Positions 51,625-62,900 of a stretch of DNA of 64,000 nucleotides are shown here, piece after piece. Source of the DNA: an uncultured Acidobacteriota bacterium (GTDB taxonomy: Bacteria > Acidobacteriota > Thermoanaerobaculia > UBA5066 > Gp7-AA6); NCBI GenBank assembly GCA_963733815.1, contig CAVTEG010000012.1, positions 5,322 to 69,321 of the forward strand, written 5' to 3'. The translations under genes and the position numbers were made by a program. Position 1 is the first letter of the stretch, and each line of letters starts with the position of its first letter. The notes under the pieces were generated by a model that had not been told where the DNA came from, ran no database searches, and worked only from the letters and a program-made list of their open reading frames with translations.

Positions 51625-52874
51625 ATGAAGCGCGATTTTTCGGTCATCCTCCAGCTCTTCCTCTCCTCGGCGCGGCTTCAGAAGAAGCGCGCCACGCTGA
51701 CGATCGCCTCGCTCGCGTGGGGGACGGTGACGATCCTGATGCTGCTGGCGTTCGGCGAGGGCCTGAAGCGCCAGATGATGTCCAACGAGCAGGCCATGGG
51801 GAACAACCTCGCGATCATGTGGCCCGGCGAGACGTCCAAGCCCTACAAAGGCATTCCCGAGGGCCGGCCGATCCGCCCGAAGCTCGAGGACATCGACTAC
51901 GCGCGCGAGCGCCTGCCGGAGCTCGACGCGATCTGGGCCGAGTTGACCTCGTGGCGCACGGCGCTGACCTACGGGCGCAAGACCGTCAACGGCCGCGTCA
52001 TCGGCACGCGCTGGGACTACGGCGACGCGCGCAAGCACTTCCCGAAGGCGCGCGGCCGCTTCATCAACCCCAACGACGAGGAGGAGAAGCGGCGCGTGGT
52101 GTTCCTCGGCAACGAGATGGCCAAGGACATCTTCGGGCCCGAGGACCCGCTCGGGAAGACCGTTTTGATCAACAACTCCCCGTTCACGGTCATCGGCGTG
52201 ATGCAGCGCAAGCGCCAGTCGTCGACGTACGGCGGGCCGGACGCCACGCACGCCGTGATCCCCCAGTCCACGTTCAAGGCGACCCTGGGCGACAGCCTCA
52301 ACGTGGTCGTCTTCCGCGTGAAGAAGGAAGACGACATGCCGGCGGCGCTGAAGCACTTCAACGAAGTCATGGGCCCGCGCCTCGGGTTCGACCCCGAGGA
52401 CCCTCGTGTCTGGGGACTCTGGGACACGGTCAAGGGCCAGAAGATGTCGGGCAAGATCATGCTGGGCCTCGAGCTCTTCTTCGGGGTGATCGGCGCGCTG
52501 ACGCTGATCATCGGCGGCGTCGGTGTCGCCAACATCATGTACGCCGTCGTCAAGGAACGCACCAAGGAGATCGGGGTGAAGATGGCTCTCGGCGCGCGCC
52601 GCGGCTGGATCACGGGACCCTTCATCCTGGAGGGCCTCGTCTACACGCTCGTCGGCGGCCTCTTCGGCGCGCTGATCGCCATCGTCATCGTCACGGGATT
52701 GTCGTTCCTGCCCATCGAAGGCAACGACGTCCTCGAGTTCATGGGCCGGCCCACGCTGTCGTGGCCCATCGGCCTGGCCACCATCGCGATCCTCGGCACG
52801 TGCGGGCTGCTCGCCGGCTACTTCCCGGCGCGCCGCGCGGCCTCGATCAACCCAGCCTCGACGCTTCGCTACGA

Positions 52875-52878
<4 letters not shown>
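51625..52878 (+). CDS. MacB/FtsX-like ABC permease
   Basis: GGVGVANIM, ERTKEIG, PARRAA. Confidence 0.92.
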
Positions 52879-53585
<707 letters not shown>

Positions 53586-53602
53586 ACGCCCGCGGAATCC
53601 CG

Positions 53603-55252
53603 GTGTCACGCCTCGCCCGCGCCGTGCTGGCGCTCCTTGCCGCCGTTCTTCCGGCGCGCTCTCTCGCCTCGCCCATACCCGCGGAGGACGTTTCGAAGTG
53701 GCGCGAGGACCTGCGCGTCATGGCCGAGGAGATGCCGCGCCGCCATCGCAATCTCTTCCACACGATGACGCGCGAACAGTTCGAGGCCGTCGTCGCCAGC
53801 CTCGACGCGAGAATCCCGACGCTCGAGCGGCACCAGATCATCGTCGAGATGGCACGGATCGTGGCCATGGTCGGAGACGGTCACACGAACGTCGCCCCGA
53901 CCCGCGATCCGAAGATCGGATTCCGGACGTATCCGATCCGGCTCTACCTCTTCCGCGACGGCCTCTTCATCCGGACGGCCGAGCGCGCGCACGCGGATCT
54001 CGTCGGAACCCGGGTCGTCCGAATCGGAAACGCCTCCGCCGAGGACGCGTACGCCGCGGCGCGCAATCTCGTCGGCCGCGACAACGAAATGGATGCCCGG
54101 TTCTTCGCGCCGGCGCTGCTGACGATGCCGGAGGTCGTCGGAGCGCTGGGTCTCGTCGCCGACATGGAGAACGCCTCGTTCACTCTGGAGAGCCGCGGGC
54201 GCCGGAGGACCGTCGTCCTTCACCCCGCGGGTCCGGCCGAGCTCCTGCCGCCCGACACCGACACGAGCTGGGCGCCGCGGGAAGCCTGGGTAGACGCGCG
54301 CGGCACGCCGTCGGCCGGCCCGCTCTGGCTCCGAGACCCCAAGGACAAGTTCTGGTTCCGCTACCTGCCGGACTCGCGAAGCGTCTACGTCCAGTTCAAC
54401 CAGGTCGGGAACAAGGAGTCGGAGACGCTGGAGGCCTTCGCAAAGCGACTCTTCGCGTTCATCGAGGAGAACCCGGTCGACCGCCTCATTCTCGACCTGC
54501 GCTTGAACCGCGGCGGCGATGGCGGTCTCAACCACCCGCTGCTCCTTGCACTGATCAAGTCCGACAAGGTCAATCAGAAGGGAAGACTCTTCGTCCTGAT
54601 CGGCCGCAGCACGTGGTCCGCCGCTCAGTTCCTGGTCAACGACCTCGAGAGATACACGGAGGCCATCTTCGTCGGCGAGCCGACCGGCGGCAAGGTCAAC
54701 GCCTACGGCGATTCGCGCAAGATCACGCTCCCCAACAGCGGCATCACCGTCCGCGTCTCATCTCTCTGGTGGCAGGGGGACGAGCGGGACAAGCGGCAAT
54801 GGAAGGCGCCCGACGTGGCGGCCGACCTGACCTTCGAGGATTACCGCGCCAACGTCGACCCCGCCCTCGCCGCCGCGATCGCCTATGCTCCGTCGAAGCC
54901 GCTTTCGGCGATTCTTCTCCAGAGCATCACGCCGGAGAACCCGTCCGCGGCCGCCGAGGCCTTCGCCGCGTGGAAAGCGGATCCACGAAACGCCTATGCC
55001 GATCCCGAACGGGACTTGATCGGGCTGGGCTATCGCCTGCTCGGGGAAAAACGCGTCCCCGAAGCCGTCCAGGTCTTCCGCCTCGCCGTCGAGGCCGCGC
55101 CGCAATCCGCAAACGCGCACGACAGCCTCGGCGAGGCGTATGCCGCGGGCGGCGACCGCGACTCCGCGATCCGCTCCTACGAGACGGCCCTCGCGCTCGA
55201 CCCCCGCATGGACTCCGCGCGAGAGGCGCTGAAAAAGCTGCGGGAGCCCTAG
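53603..55252 (+). CDS. S41-like peptidase with C-terminal TPR
   Basis: Signal peptide, DGHT, LDLRLNRGG, TWSAA, GEPTG, TPR (DSLGEAY). Confidence 0.8.
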   Translation: MSRLARAVLALLAAVLPARSLASPIPAEDVSKWREDLRVMAEEMPRRHRNLFHTMTREQFEAVVASLDARIPTLERHQIIVEMARIVAMVGDGHTNVAPTRDPKIGFRTYPIRLYLFRDGLFIRTAERAHADLVGTRVVRIGNASAEDAYAAARNLVGRDNEMDARFFAPALLTMPEVVGALGLVADMENASFTLESRGRRRTVVLHPAGPAELLPPDTDTSWAPREAWVDARGTPSAGPLWLRDPKDKFWFRYLPDSRSVYVQFNQVGNKESETLEAFAKRLFAFIEENPVDRLILDLRLNRGGDGGLNHPLLLALIKSDKVNQKGRLFVLIGRSTWSAAQFLVNDLERYTEAIFVGEPTGGKVNAYGDSRKITLPNSGITVRVSSLWWQGDERDKRQWKAPDVAADLTFEDYRANVDPALAAAIAYAPSKPLSAILLQSITPENPSAAAEAFAAWKADPRNAYADPERDLIGLGYRLLGEKRVPEAVQVFRLAVEAAPQSANAHDSLGEAYAAGGDRDSAIRSYETALALDPRMDSAREALKKLREP

Positions 55253-55262
55253 CTTGTTTCTT

Positions 55263-55355
55263 GTCATCCCGAGCGCCAGAGGCGCGAGGGATCCCTTTCC
55301 TCACCGATTACTCGCCTCAAAAGGGGTCCCTCGTCGCTGCGCTCCTCGGGATGAC
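55263..55355. repeat. REP doublet (GTCATCCCGAG...CTCGGGATGAC)
   Basis: Inverted arms between convergent genes. Confidence 0.85.
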
Positions 55356-55390
55356 AACGAGGATCGCCATCGCGGGATTGACTTGGACTC

Positions 55391-56548
55391 CTACGGGAAA
55401 AAGTTCGCGCCGGCCTGCTTCACGGCGTTCCAGTCGACGAGATAGAAGCACGTCGAGGGCGCGGTCTGATCCACGCGCACGGTGGCGGTGAAGCCCTGGG
55501 GACCGAATTGTCCCTGGATCGAGATCGTGAACTGTGAGCCGCCAGCCGAGACCGCCTTCGGCTGCGTGGTGAACGTCCCGTCGTTCTGGACGGTCCCGTC
55601 GTACGTAGTGCCGGCGTGCGTCAACGTCAGCATGTGCGAGCCCGGCGTCTGGACGACCGTCGTCGGGTTGTCCTGCACCGTCACGTTGCCGCAGGTGTTC
55701 TGGCCCAGGGACACGTGCGTGTCGTACGCGCCCCCGACGGAAAGCACCGGAGGAACATCCGCCGCGCCGGTCACGAAGATGGGATCTGTCGTGTGATTGT
55801 CGATCACCGCCGCGTATGTGAACACGGCGGCACCGTCCGTCTTCACCGTCACGACTCCCTCCGTGGTCTCGAGCAGCCGGTGGTTGATCCCGCTGGGCCC
55901 GAAAACGTCGTTGATCTGGACGCCCGAGTGCGCGGCTACCGACCGAGTCACCTCGCCGACCCAGTGACCTTCCCAGTACACCGCGAACGTGACCATCGCC
56001 GCGATGTCCTCCCCGTTGAAGGCGCCGACGTTGGTGCGGAAGCCCGGGTCGCCGGACGCGTTGGAGATCTGGGTCAGCGTCGAATAGCGGTGGGCGGCCG
56101 CGGAAGTCTTTCCCGGGACGAACATTCCGACCGTCGGCTCGGGCTCCGTCGAGTAGAGGCGGCTGGTCACGGCGACGTCCGACGCGCTCCCGCCGGATTC
56201 AATGTCCAGCTCGACTGCCCCACCGGAATTCGGAGCGTGGAAGGTCGTGGCGACCATGTCGTCGAAGGCGCGCGCCTCGCGCGGCGCGAGGACGAAGGTC
56301 TCACTCGCGGGCACCGCCGGACAGCCGCTCAGGAAACACCGGTAGGTCGCCGTGATCTCGACGGCTGAAACGTAGGAGGTGTTGAACACCCGCACGTCCG
56401 AAAAGAACGGCGCGACACCGACGATCGAGGCGACGGCCGGGATCGTGATCCGATCCGGTTGAGAGGAAGCGGGCATTGCCAGGACGGCGCCGGCGACGGC
56501 GGCGAAGACGGCGCGGCGGATTCTCACGTCGGGCGCAGTGTAGGTCAC
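55391..56548 (-). CDS. Secreted beta-rich hypothetical protein
   Basis: Signal peptide; IPAVAS..SDVRVFN..VTSRLY..FRTNVG..YAAVIDN..DP module; two-Cys C-terminal domain. Confidence 0.7.
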   Translation of the reverse strand: MTYTAPDVRIRRAVFAAVAGAVLAMPASSQPDRITIPAVASIVGVAPFFSDVRVFNTSYVSAVEITATYRCFLSGCPAVPASETFVLAPREARAFDDMVATTFHAPNSGGAVELDIESGGSASDVAVTSRLYSTEPEPTVGMFVPGKTSAAAHRYSTLTQISNASGDPGFRTNVGAFNGEDIAAMVTFAVYWEGHWVGEVTRSVAAHSGVQINDVFGPSGINHRLLETTEGVVTVKTDGAAVFTYAAVIDNHTTDPIFVTGAADVPPVLSVGGAYDTHVSLGQNTCGNVTVQDNPTTVVQTPGSHMLTLTHAGTTYDGTVQNDGTFTTQPKAVSAGGSQFTISIQGQFGPQGFTATVRVDQTAPSTCFYLVDWNAVKQAGANFFP

Positions 56549-56583
56549 GAGGATCCTCCCCCGATTCTTGGAAAGTTCTTGGG

Positions 56584-59121
56584 CTAGGGCTTCCCGGACT
56601 CGCCCGACTTCACAGGCTTCCCGACGAAGCTCTGCGTTTCTTCGATTCCCTCCCGGGCGTACTGGGCCACCGTGGGATCGGGCTCCTTCGCGAAGGATTG
56701 GAGCAGCGCGACGTCCTCCTGGCGATGAAGCTTGCCGAGCTGCTGGATCGCGGCCAGGCGAACGGAGCGGTTACGGTCGGACGTCAGCGCGCGCAGCTTC
56801 GCCGCCAGCTTCGGATCCTCCGGAGCCGCCGACTCCCACCCCGCCAGCGCGGCCAGGCGCACCTGCTGGTTGTACTTCGGATCGGTGTACGTCTCGAAGA
56901 GACCCGAGAGAGACGCGTCGTCCACCTTGCCGAGCCCGACGAGGGCTCCCAGGCGGACGGAGTCCCACCAGCGCGAGCTCCGGTCGAGCTGTTTGGTGAG
57001 GTATTCGCGCGCTCCGTTCGGCCGGAGCCGGCCCAGCGATACCTCGGCGGCCGCGACGACGTCTTCGGCCTTGTCGGTCTCGATCGTGCGCCGCAACGCC
57101 GCCGCCGCCGAGGCCTCACCAGCCTGACCGAGGGCCAGCGCCCCCGCGCGCCGGACGCGCGCATCCGCTCCGCGGAGGGCCTGCGTGAGCGGCGTCGTCG
57201 CAGCCGAGCCCCCGATCCGGCCCAGATCCATCGCCGCCTCCTGCTTCAGACCCCAGTGCGCCGAAGGATCGGCGAGCACCCGCGAAAGGGCCTCAACCGA
57301 GCGTGGGTCCGAGGGGTAGTCCTCGGCGAGCTGTCTCGCCGCCCGCAGCTTCCCGGCGAGATCCGCGCTGGAGAGCTCGGCCAGGACCTCAGTGATTGGC
57401 CGTGTGTACTTGACCTCGCACACCAGCCAGCCCCCCTTGTCGAAGGTCACGCGCGTGGGGCGCGTCGCCGCCGGCAGCGCCACGGTCGTCTCCCAGCCCG
57501 AGAGCTCTACGCGATGCGTCTTTGCGCCGGACGCCTCGGCGATCTCGATTTCGACGGGGACGCGGAAATCGTTCTCGAACGGGAGGTCGGCCTGGATCTG
57601 TTTGACCGTCAGGTCCGCCTGCTTGCGCTCCGCCGACCAGCGGTACGACACCTCGAAGCGAGGATGCCCGCCTCCGCCGACGACCCAGTCCGAAAAGAAC
57701 CAGGACAGATTCTGGCCGGCGGCCAGCTCGATCGCCTCCGCGAGGTCCGCCGATTCGACACTCGAGAATTCATGCTTCTTCAGGTAGTCCGCGATCATGC
57801 GGTCGAACTCGGCGGCGCCGAGGAAGTGGCGGATCATGTGGAGCACCAGCGACCCCTTCACGTAGGTCGTCTCCTCCTGGTACATCGCCGCCGGCTCCTT
57901 GTAGTGGAGGTACTCCATCGGCCGCACGCTGCCGCTCGAGCGGACGTAGTCCACGTACTTGGTCAGGTAGACCCACCTCTGGTAAGTCATGTCGTCCTCG
58001 CCGTGCGCGTGGCCGTTCCAGATCGTGTGCCAGAACGTCGCGAACGACTCGTTCAACCAGATCGAACCGAGCGACCGGCACGTGACGAGGTCGCCGAACC
58101 AGTGATGCGCGAGCTCGTGCGCGACGACGTCTTCGTAGGTGAAGGTCGGCCACACGTCCTCGACCTCGGGCGACATTTCCGGAGGGTCGCCGGCCTTTCG
58201 CAGCTCGGATTCCGTAAAGCCGGTCGCCGTCGTCGTTTCCATCGCGCCGGAGAACTCGCGAAGCACGACCTGGTCGTACTTGAACCAGGGATACGGATAG
58301 CCCATCGCCTTCGAAAAGAACTCGACCATGTCGGGCGTGTTGCCGAACGGGTACGGGACCGAGCCTTCCGTTCCCGGAGGCGTCCAGACCGAAAGCGGAA
58401 CGGTCTTGTCGCCGATCTTCGCGTCGCGCAGCGGCACGCGCACGAGAGCGCCCACGTCCAAGGTCATGAGGTAGTTCGGGATCGGCCCTTCCTGGATCCA
58501 GTGGAACGTGCGCGTCCCGTCCGGATTGTCGCGCGAATCCGCCAGGCGGCCGTTGGCGACGGCCGTCAGCCCGGCCGGCACTGTCACGAGGAACTCGACG
58601 GCGAAGCGGTCGTTGGTGTCGTCGTAGATCGGAAGCCAGCCCCGATGGAGCCCTCCCTCTCCGTAGTTCCAGGCCTGCGCCGCGAGCTTGCCCTCCTGCG
58701 GGTAGAAGTACAGCCCTGTGCGCGGTTTGCACGAGTAGGTGATTGCCACGGTCGCCGCCTCGCCGGCGGCCACCGGAGGATCGAGCGCGATGTCGAGCTT
58801 GAACGCGCTCGCGTCGGTCTTGAACGCCTGCGCCTTCCCCGCCCGCTCGACCTTCGAAACCTCGAGGTCGGCAGCGTCGAGCGAGAGCGTCGCCAGTGGC
58901 GCCCGAAGCGCGACAAAGGTCACGGTGGCGGTGCCCGCGATCGTCTCTCTCGCCATGTCGAACTTGAGGTCCGCCTTGTAGCTCTGGATGTGGAACGACC
59001 TCTCGCGGACGGGCCGCTCGGGCCCTTCGGGGAGCCGGTCGCCGGGAACGACCTGGCCGACCTGACCCGCCAATCGGAGAGGGCACGCCAGAAACGCCAG
59101 GAGCGCAAAGACACGTCTCAT
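56584..59121 (-). CDS. M1 family aminopeptidase with C-terminal HEAT repeats
   Basis: GAMET, HELAH..WLNE, YVKG, HEAT repeats, signal peptide. Confidence 0.92.
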   Translation of the reverse strand: MRRVFALLAFLACPLRLAGQVGQVVPGDRLPEGPERPVRERSFHIQSYKADLKFDMARETIAGTATVTFVALRAPLATLSLDAADLEVSKVERAGKAQAFKTDASAFKLDIALDPPVAAGEAATVAITYSCKPRTGLYFYPQEGKLAAQAWNYGEGGLHRGWLPIYDDTNDRFAVEFLVTVPAGLTAVANGRLADSRDNPDGTRTFHWIQEGPIPNYLMTLDVGALVRVPLRDAKIGDKTVPLSVWTPPGTEGSVPYPFGNTPDMVEFFSKAMGYPYPWFKYDQVVLREFSGAMETTTATGFTESELRKAGDPPEMSPEVEDVWPTFTYEDVVAHELAHHWFGDLVTCRSLGSIWLNESFATFWHTIWNGHAHGEDDMTYQRWVYLTKYVDYVRSSGSVRPMEYLHYKEPAAMYQEETTYVKGSLVLHMIRHFLGAAEFDRMIADYLKKHEFSSVESADLAEAIELAAGQNLSWFFSDWVVGGGGHPRFEVSYRWSAERKQADLTVKQIQADLPFENDFRVPVEIEIAEASGAKTHRVELSGWETTVALPAATRPTRVTFDKGGWLVCEVKYTRPITEVLAELSSADLAGKLRAARQLAEDYPSDPRSVEALSRVLADPSAHWGLKQEAAMDLGRIGGSAATTPLTQALRGADARVRRAGALALGQAGEASAAAALRRTIETDKAEDVVAAAEVSLGRLRPNGAREYLTKQLDRSSRWWDSVRLGALVGLGKVDDASLSGLFETYTDPKYNQQVRLAALAGWESAAPEDPKLAAKLRALTSDRNRSVRLAAIQQLGKLHRQEDVALLQSFAKEPDPTVAQYAREGIEETQSFVGKPVKSGESGKP

Positions 59122-59197
59122 TGATCCTCCTGAAGAAGCGCGGGGATTCTACGCCCGGCCGAAATGGAATAGCCTTCGCCGACATTCCGGAGGAGCC

Positions 59198-59785
59198 ATG
59201 ACGTCACGAATCGCCGCCGGCCTCGCCTCGGCCGTGCTCGCTGCGGCCACGGCCATGTCCGCGGCCGAATACACGATCGCGCCCGACGGATCCAACGTGC
59301 AGTTCTCCGTGCCGGTCATGGCCGTCTCGAAAGTCACCGGCAAGTTCATGCGCTACGACGTGAAGATCAATGCCGGAAAGGCGCGCGACCTCTCCCAGGC
59401 GAAGGTCACGGCCGTCATCGAGATGGCGAGCGTGGACACCGGCAGCGACTCCTGGGACGCGAAGCTGCGCACGCCCGCGTTCTTCGACGCCCAGAAGTAT
59501 CCCGAGATTCGCTTCGAGAGCCGCCGTGTACGCAAGACGGGCAAGGGATGGGAGGCCGAAGGCCCGCTGACGCTCCACGGCGTGACGAAGGACATCAAGC
59601 TCCCATTCACGATCCAGGGACGGTTCGACGGCCCGAACGCCGACGACCACGTCGGCATCCACGCCTCTTTCACGTTCGACCGCCGGGACTACGGCATGGC
59701 CTGGACCGGGAACTCCGAGGCGAAAGTCGTCGGAAACAAGGTCACCGTCGACATCGCGCTTCTGGCGAAGAAGGTGAAGAAGTGA
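59198..59785 (+). CDS. YceI family protein
   Basis: Signal peptide, FFDAQKYPEIRF, LTLHGVTK, DRRDYG. Confidence 0.92.
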   Translation: MTSRIAAGLASAVLAAATAMSAAEYTIAPDGSNVQFSVPVMAVSKVTGKFMRYDVKINAGKARDLSQAKVTAVIEMASVDTGSDSWDAKLRTPAFFDAQKYPEIRFESRRVRKTGKGWEAEGPLTLHGVTKDIKLPFTIQGRFDGPNADDHVGIHASFTFDRRDYGMAWTGNSEAKVVGNKVTVDIALLAKKVKK

Positions 59786-59786
59786 C

Positions 59787-59932
59787 GTCATCCCGAGCGC
59801 AGCGAGACAGCCGACCACCAAAGGCAGGCCCTCGGCAGTAGGCAACGCCGGGCGAAGCCCGCGCGTTCATCCCGTACTAGTTCACCGGCTTGTCGAGTTC
59901 GGGATCCCTCGGGCTGCGGCCCTCGGGATGAC
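59787..59932. repeat. REP doublet (GTCATCCCGAG...CTCGGGATGAC)
   Basis: Inverted arms between convergent genes; GTCGAGTTCGGGATCCCTCG is the reverse complement of 23359-23378. Confidence 0.8.
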
Positions 59933-59935
59933 GGC

Positions 59936-62900
59936 TCACCGGATCGTCAGCGTCGCTCCCGCCGTGTAGGCGTTGAACTCCGGCGCGTACATGGACTGGA
60001 CCGTCGCCGGTGAGACCTTGAACGTGCCGGCCATGTTCGCCCGGATGCGGTGCTTGAACGTGTACTCCCCCGCCGGCAGCTGCTCGAAGAAGAAGTTCGC
60101 GCCGGAGTCCCGCGTCTCTTCGTACCAGGAGATCCCGAGATCCCACTTGTAGCGTGACAGGACGTTCTGGGGCTCGGCCCCGGCCGGTCGGGGGTCGCGC
60201 AGGTGGACGTACTCGGCGGCGTGCTTCGCGCGGAGCGAGATCTGGACCTCGATCTCGTCGCCGGGGTGTACGGCGGCGCCTTCCGCCAGAGGTTTGAGAA
60301 TGAACCCCGACGGGGTCGATTCGCGCAGGAAGTACCTGCGCGACACGGCGAAGAAATCGCCGCGGTCCTCCTCCGGCAGCTTGTCGGTGGAGAAGTGCCA
60401 GGTCGCGGAGGCGAACGCTAGGCCCTTGCCGGTCTTCTCGACCCCGATCGAGGCGTCGCGCTGCGGGTCGATCTTCCCGCCGGGGATCACGACCTGGCTG
60501 TGCTTGCCCGTGTAGCGGTCGGGCTCGAAGGCGAACGTGGTCGTCTGGCCACCGGCCTCGACCGTGACGCCTCCCGCACGGCGAGCGCTCCTTCCTTCTT
60601 CAGGTACCAGACCAGCGCGTAGATCGCCTCGGCCGTGGCGCGCGTCGACTTCCAGTGGTTCAGCTTCTTGTTCAGAAACAGCCACTGCACGAAGCCCTCG
60701 CGCCGCGCGTCGGCGGGTGAGAGCTCGGCGAGGATCCGCAGCGCGAATGCCTGCGTCTCGACCGTGTCGTTGTACCAGAGCCAGGCGCGGTCCTCGGGCG
60801 CGAAGTAGGTGCCGAGGTCGCGGTCCGTCTTGGCGGAGTCCATGACCGAGTCCCACACGAGCTTCGCATCCGCCGGCCGGCCCATACGCTTCAACGTCAG
60901 CGCGAGCTGGCCCTTGAGATACGGCGAATGACTCTTCCAGTGCGCGAAGGAATAGTCGAGCAGCCTCTTCCGATACGCCGCGTCGAAGGCCGGCGCGTAC
61001 CAGCACTGGTCGGGATAGGAGGACAACACGTAGTTGACGAACGTCACGAACTCGCAGACGACTCCGGCATGCATGCAGGACTCGAGTTCGCGCTTGATGT
61101 CGGCGCCCGCGTACTTCCAGCCCGCTGGACCATGTCCTTGGGCACGTCGACGCCGAACTCCAGCGCGTTTGCAAAGCCGTGCAAAATGTAGAGCGTCATG
61201 TACGGCGACGGAGGCCCTCCCGGCCACCACGGGAATCCGCCCGACTCGGTCTGAGCCTTGCGCAGCTTCGCCAGCGCCGCCGCGCGGTCGGCCGCGGCGA
61301 TCCGCGGGTCGAGCACCCGGAGCGAGGTCCCCTCCCGGCTTCGCGCCGCCACGGGCTTCCTCGAGCCAGGGAGTCTCCTCGAGCGCCATCTTCCGGTTCG
61401 GATCCAGCGCGTCGAACGTCTCCAGGCGCGTGTCACGCTTGGAGAATTCCTCGGCCATCTTCGCCACTGCGGGAAAGTCGCGGAACACCGACGAGACGAT
61501 CCCGGTCGAGACGAAGCGGTTCAACGTCTGCTCGGTGCACTCGTACGGGTAGTTCACGAGATACGGGAGCGCCGAGAGGACCGAGTAGAAGAGCTGCGCG
61601 TCCACTGTGACCACGAGAAGCTCGTTGATGCGGGTGGGATCGTCGAGCTTCGCCAGGTCCTCGAAGGTCAACGCCCGCCGCTCACCGCCCCGCAGCGTCG
61701 CGAAGCGCGACTGCGCGAGCTGCATGCGGCCGGGCAGGACCGGCACGGGACGCAGCTCCCCGTCCGAGAAGTCGCCCGAGACGGCCGTGGCTTTGATCGC
61801 GTAGGATGCCGACGCGAGAGGGCGTCGTCAGGCGGAAGGTCGTGTCGGCGCCGCCCCCCGCCGCCGCCGAGAACGGCTGCGTCGCCTGCTCGCGCGTCAG
61901 ACCGAAGCGCGCCAGGGCGCTTTCGTTGGTCTCCGTGTCGAGGATGTCGAGCGTCACGCGGCCCGAGAGACCCTTCGTCGACGCGTTGTTGACCACGATT
62001 TTCAGCTCGGCCAGATCGCCCTCGCGCAGGAAGCGCGGAACGTACGGCCGAACCATCAGGTCCTTGACGCTGCGAGTCTCCTTCTGGATCGAGCCCGCCT
62101 TCAGGTCCTTCGTGACAGCGTGCACGAAGACGTTCCAGGACGTCACGGAATCGGGGACCGTGAACTCGATCGAGGCGGTCCCGTCGGCGCCGGTCAGAAG
62201 GTGCGGCTTCCAGAAGGCGGTCTCGGCGAAGTTGCTGCGCAGAGGCACCGCGGCCTCCGCCGGAGCTACGTTGCGCGCCTTGTCCTCTTCTTTGAATCCG
62301 ACGTCACTGCGCGTTCGCGCGGCTTTCGCGGCCGGTGCGGAGGCCGGAGCCGCGGCGTCGGCGACGACCATCTCGGCTTGAGCCGACACGCCCGCGACCA
62401 TTCCGCGCCGGCCCGGGCCGCCGATGCCGTAGCCGCCGTAGAGCTTCAGCCTGTCCGGCACCAGCACCGGAGGCGAAGGCAGCGCCGGGAAGCCGCCCCC
62501 GATCTCCACGAAGTAGGTCTCGCCGAGACTCGGCCTCGCCCACACCGGAGTGGCGCGCTGCGGATAGAGCGCCAGCGGATCCGGCGCGCTGTGCGGCACG
62601 AAGGCGTCGAGGCTGCGGTCGTACATGTAAGCGAGCAGCTCCGCCGCCGCGTTCTCGACCGGGCCGACCGCCCGGCGCCGCGACCTTGACGGTCCAGGTC
62701 TCGTTCTGGCCCGGCTTTAACTTGTCCCGGAACGTCGCGAAGGAGACCGAGAGCTTCTTGTCGTCCCAGGGCACGAAGATCGACTGAGTCAGCGTCACGA
62801 GCTGATGGTCGCGGAGAACCGTGATTTTCACTGCGAAGCCGCCACGGTCCTTTTCCGCGATCGGGATCTCGATGACTTCGGGACTCTTGCCCGACAGGAG

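Noticed and set aside
51549-51631. Triple GCGATGAAGC repeat between the two permeases
   Set aside because: Two copies are coding (AMK at the gene end and at the next gene start). Too short to support a regulatory claim.
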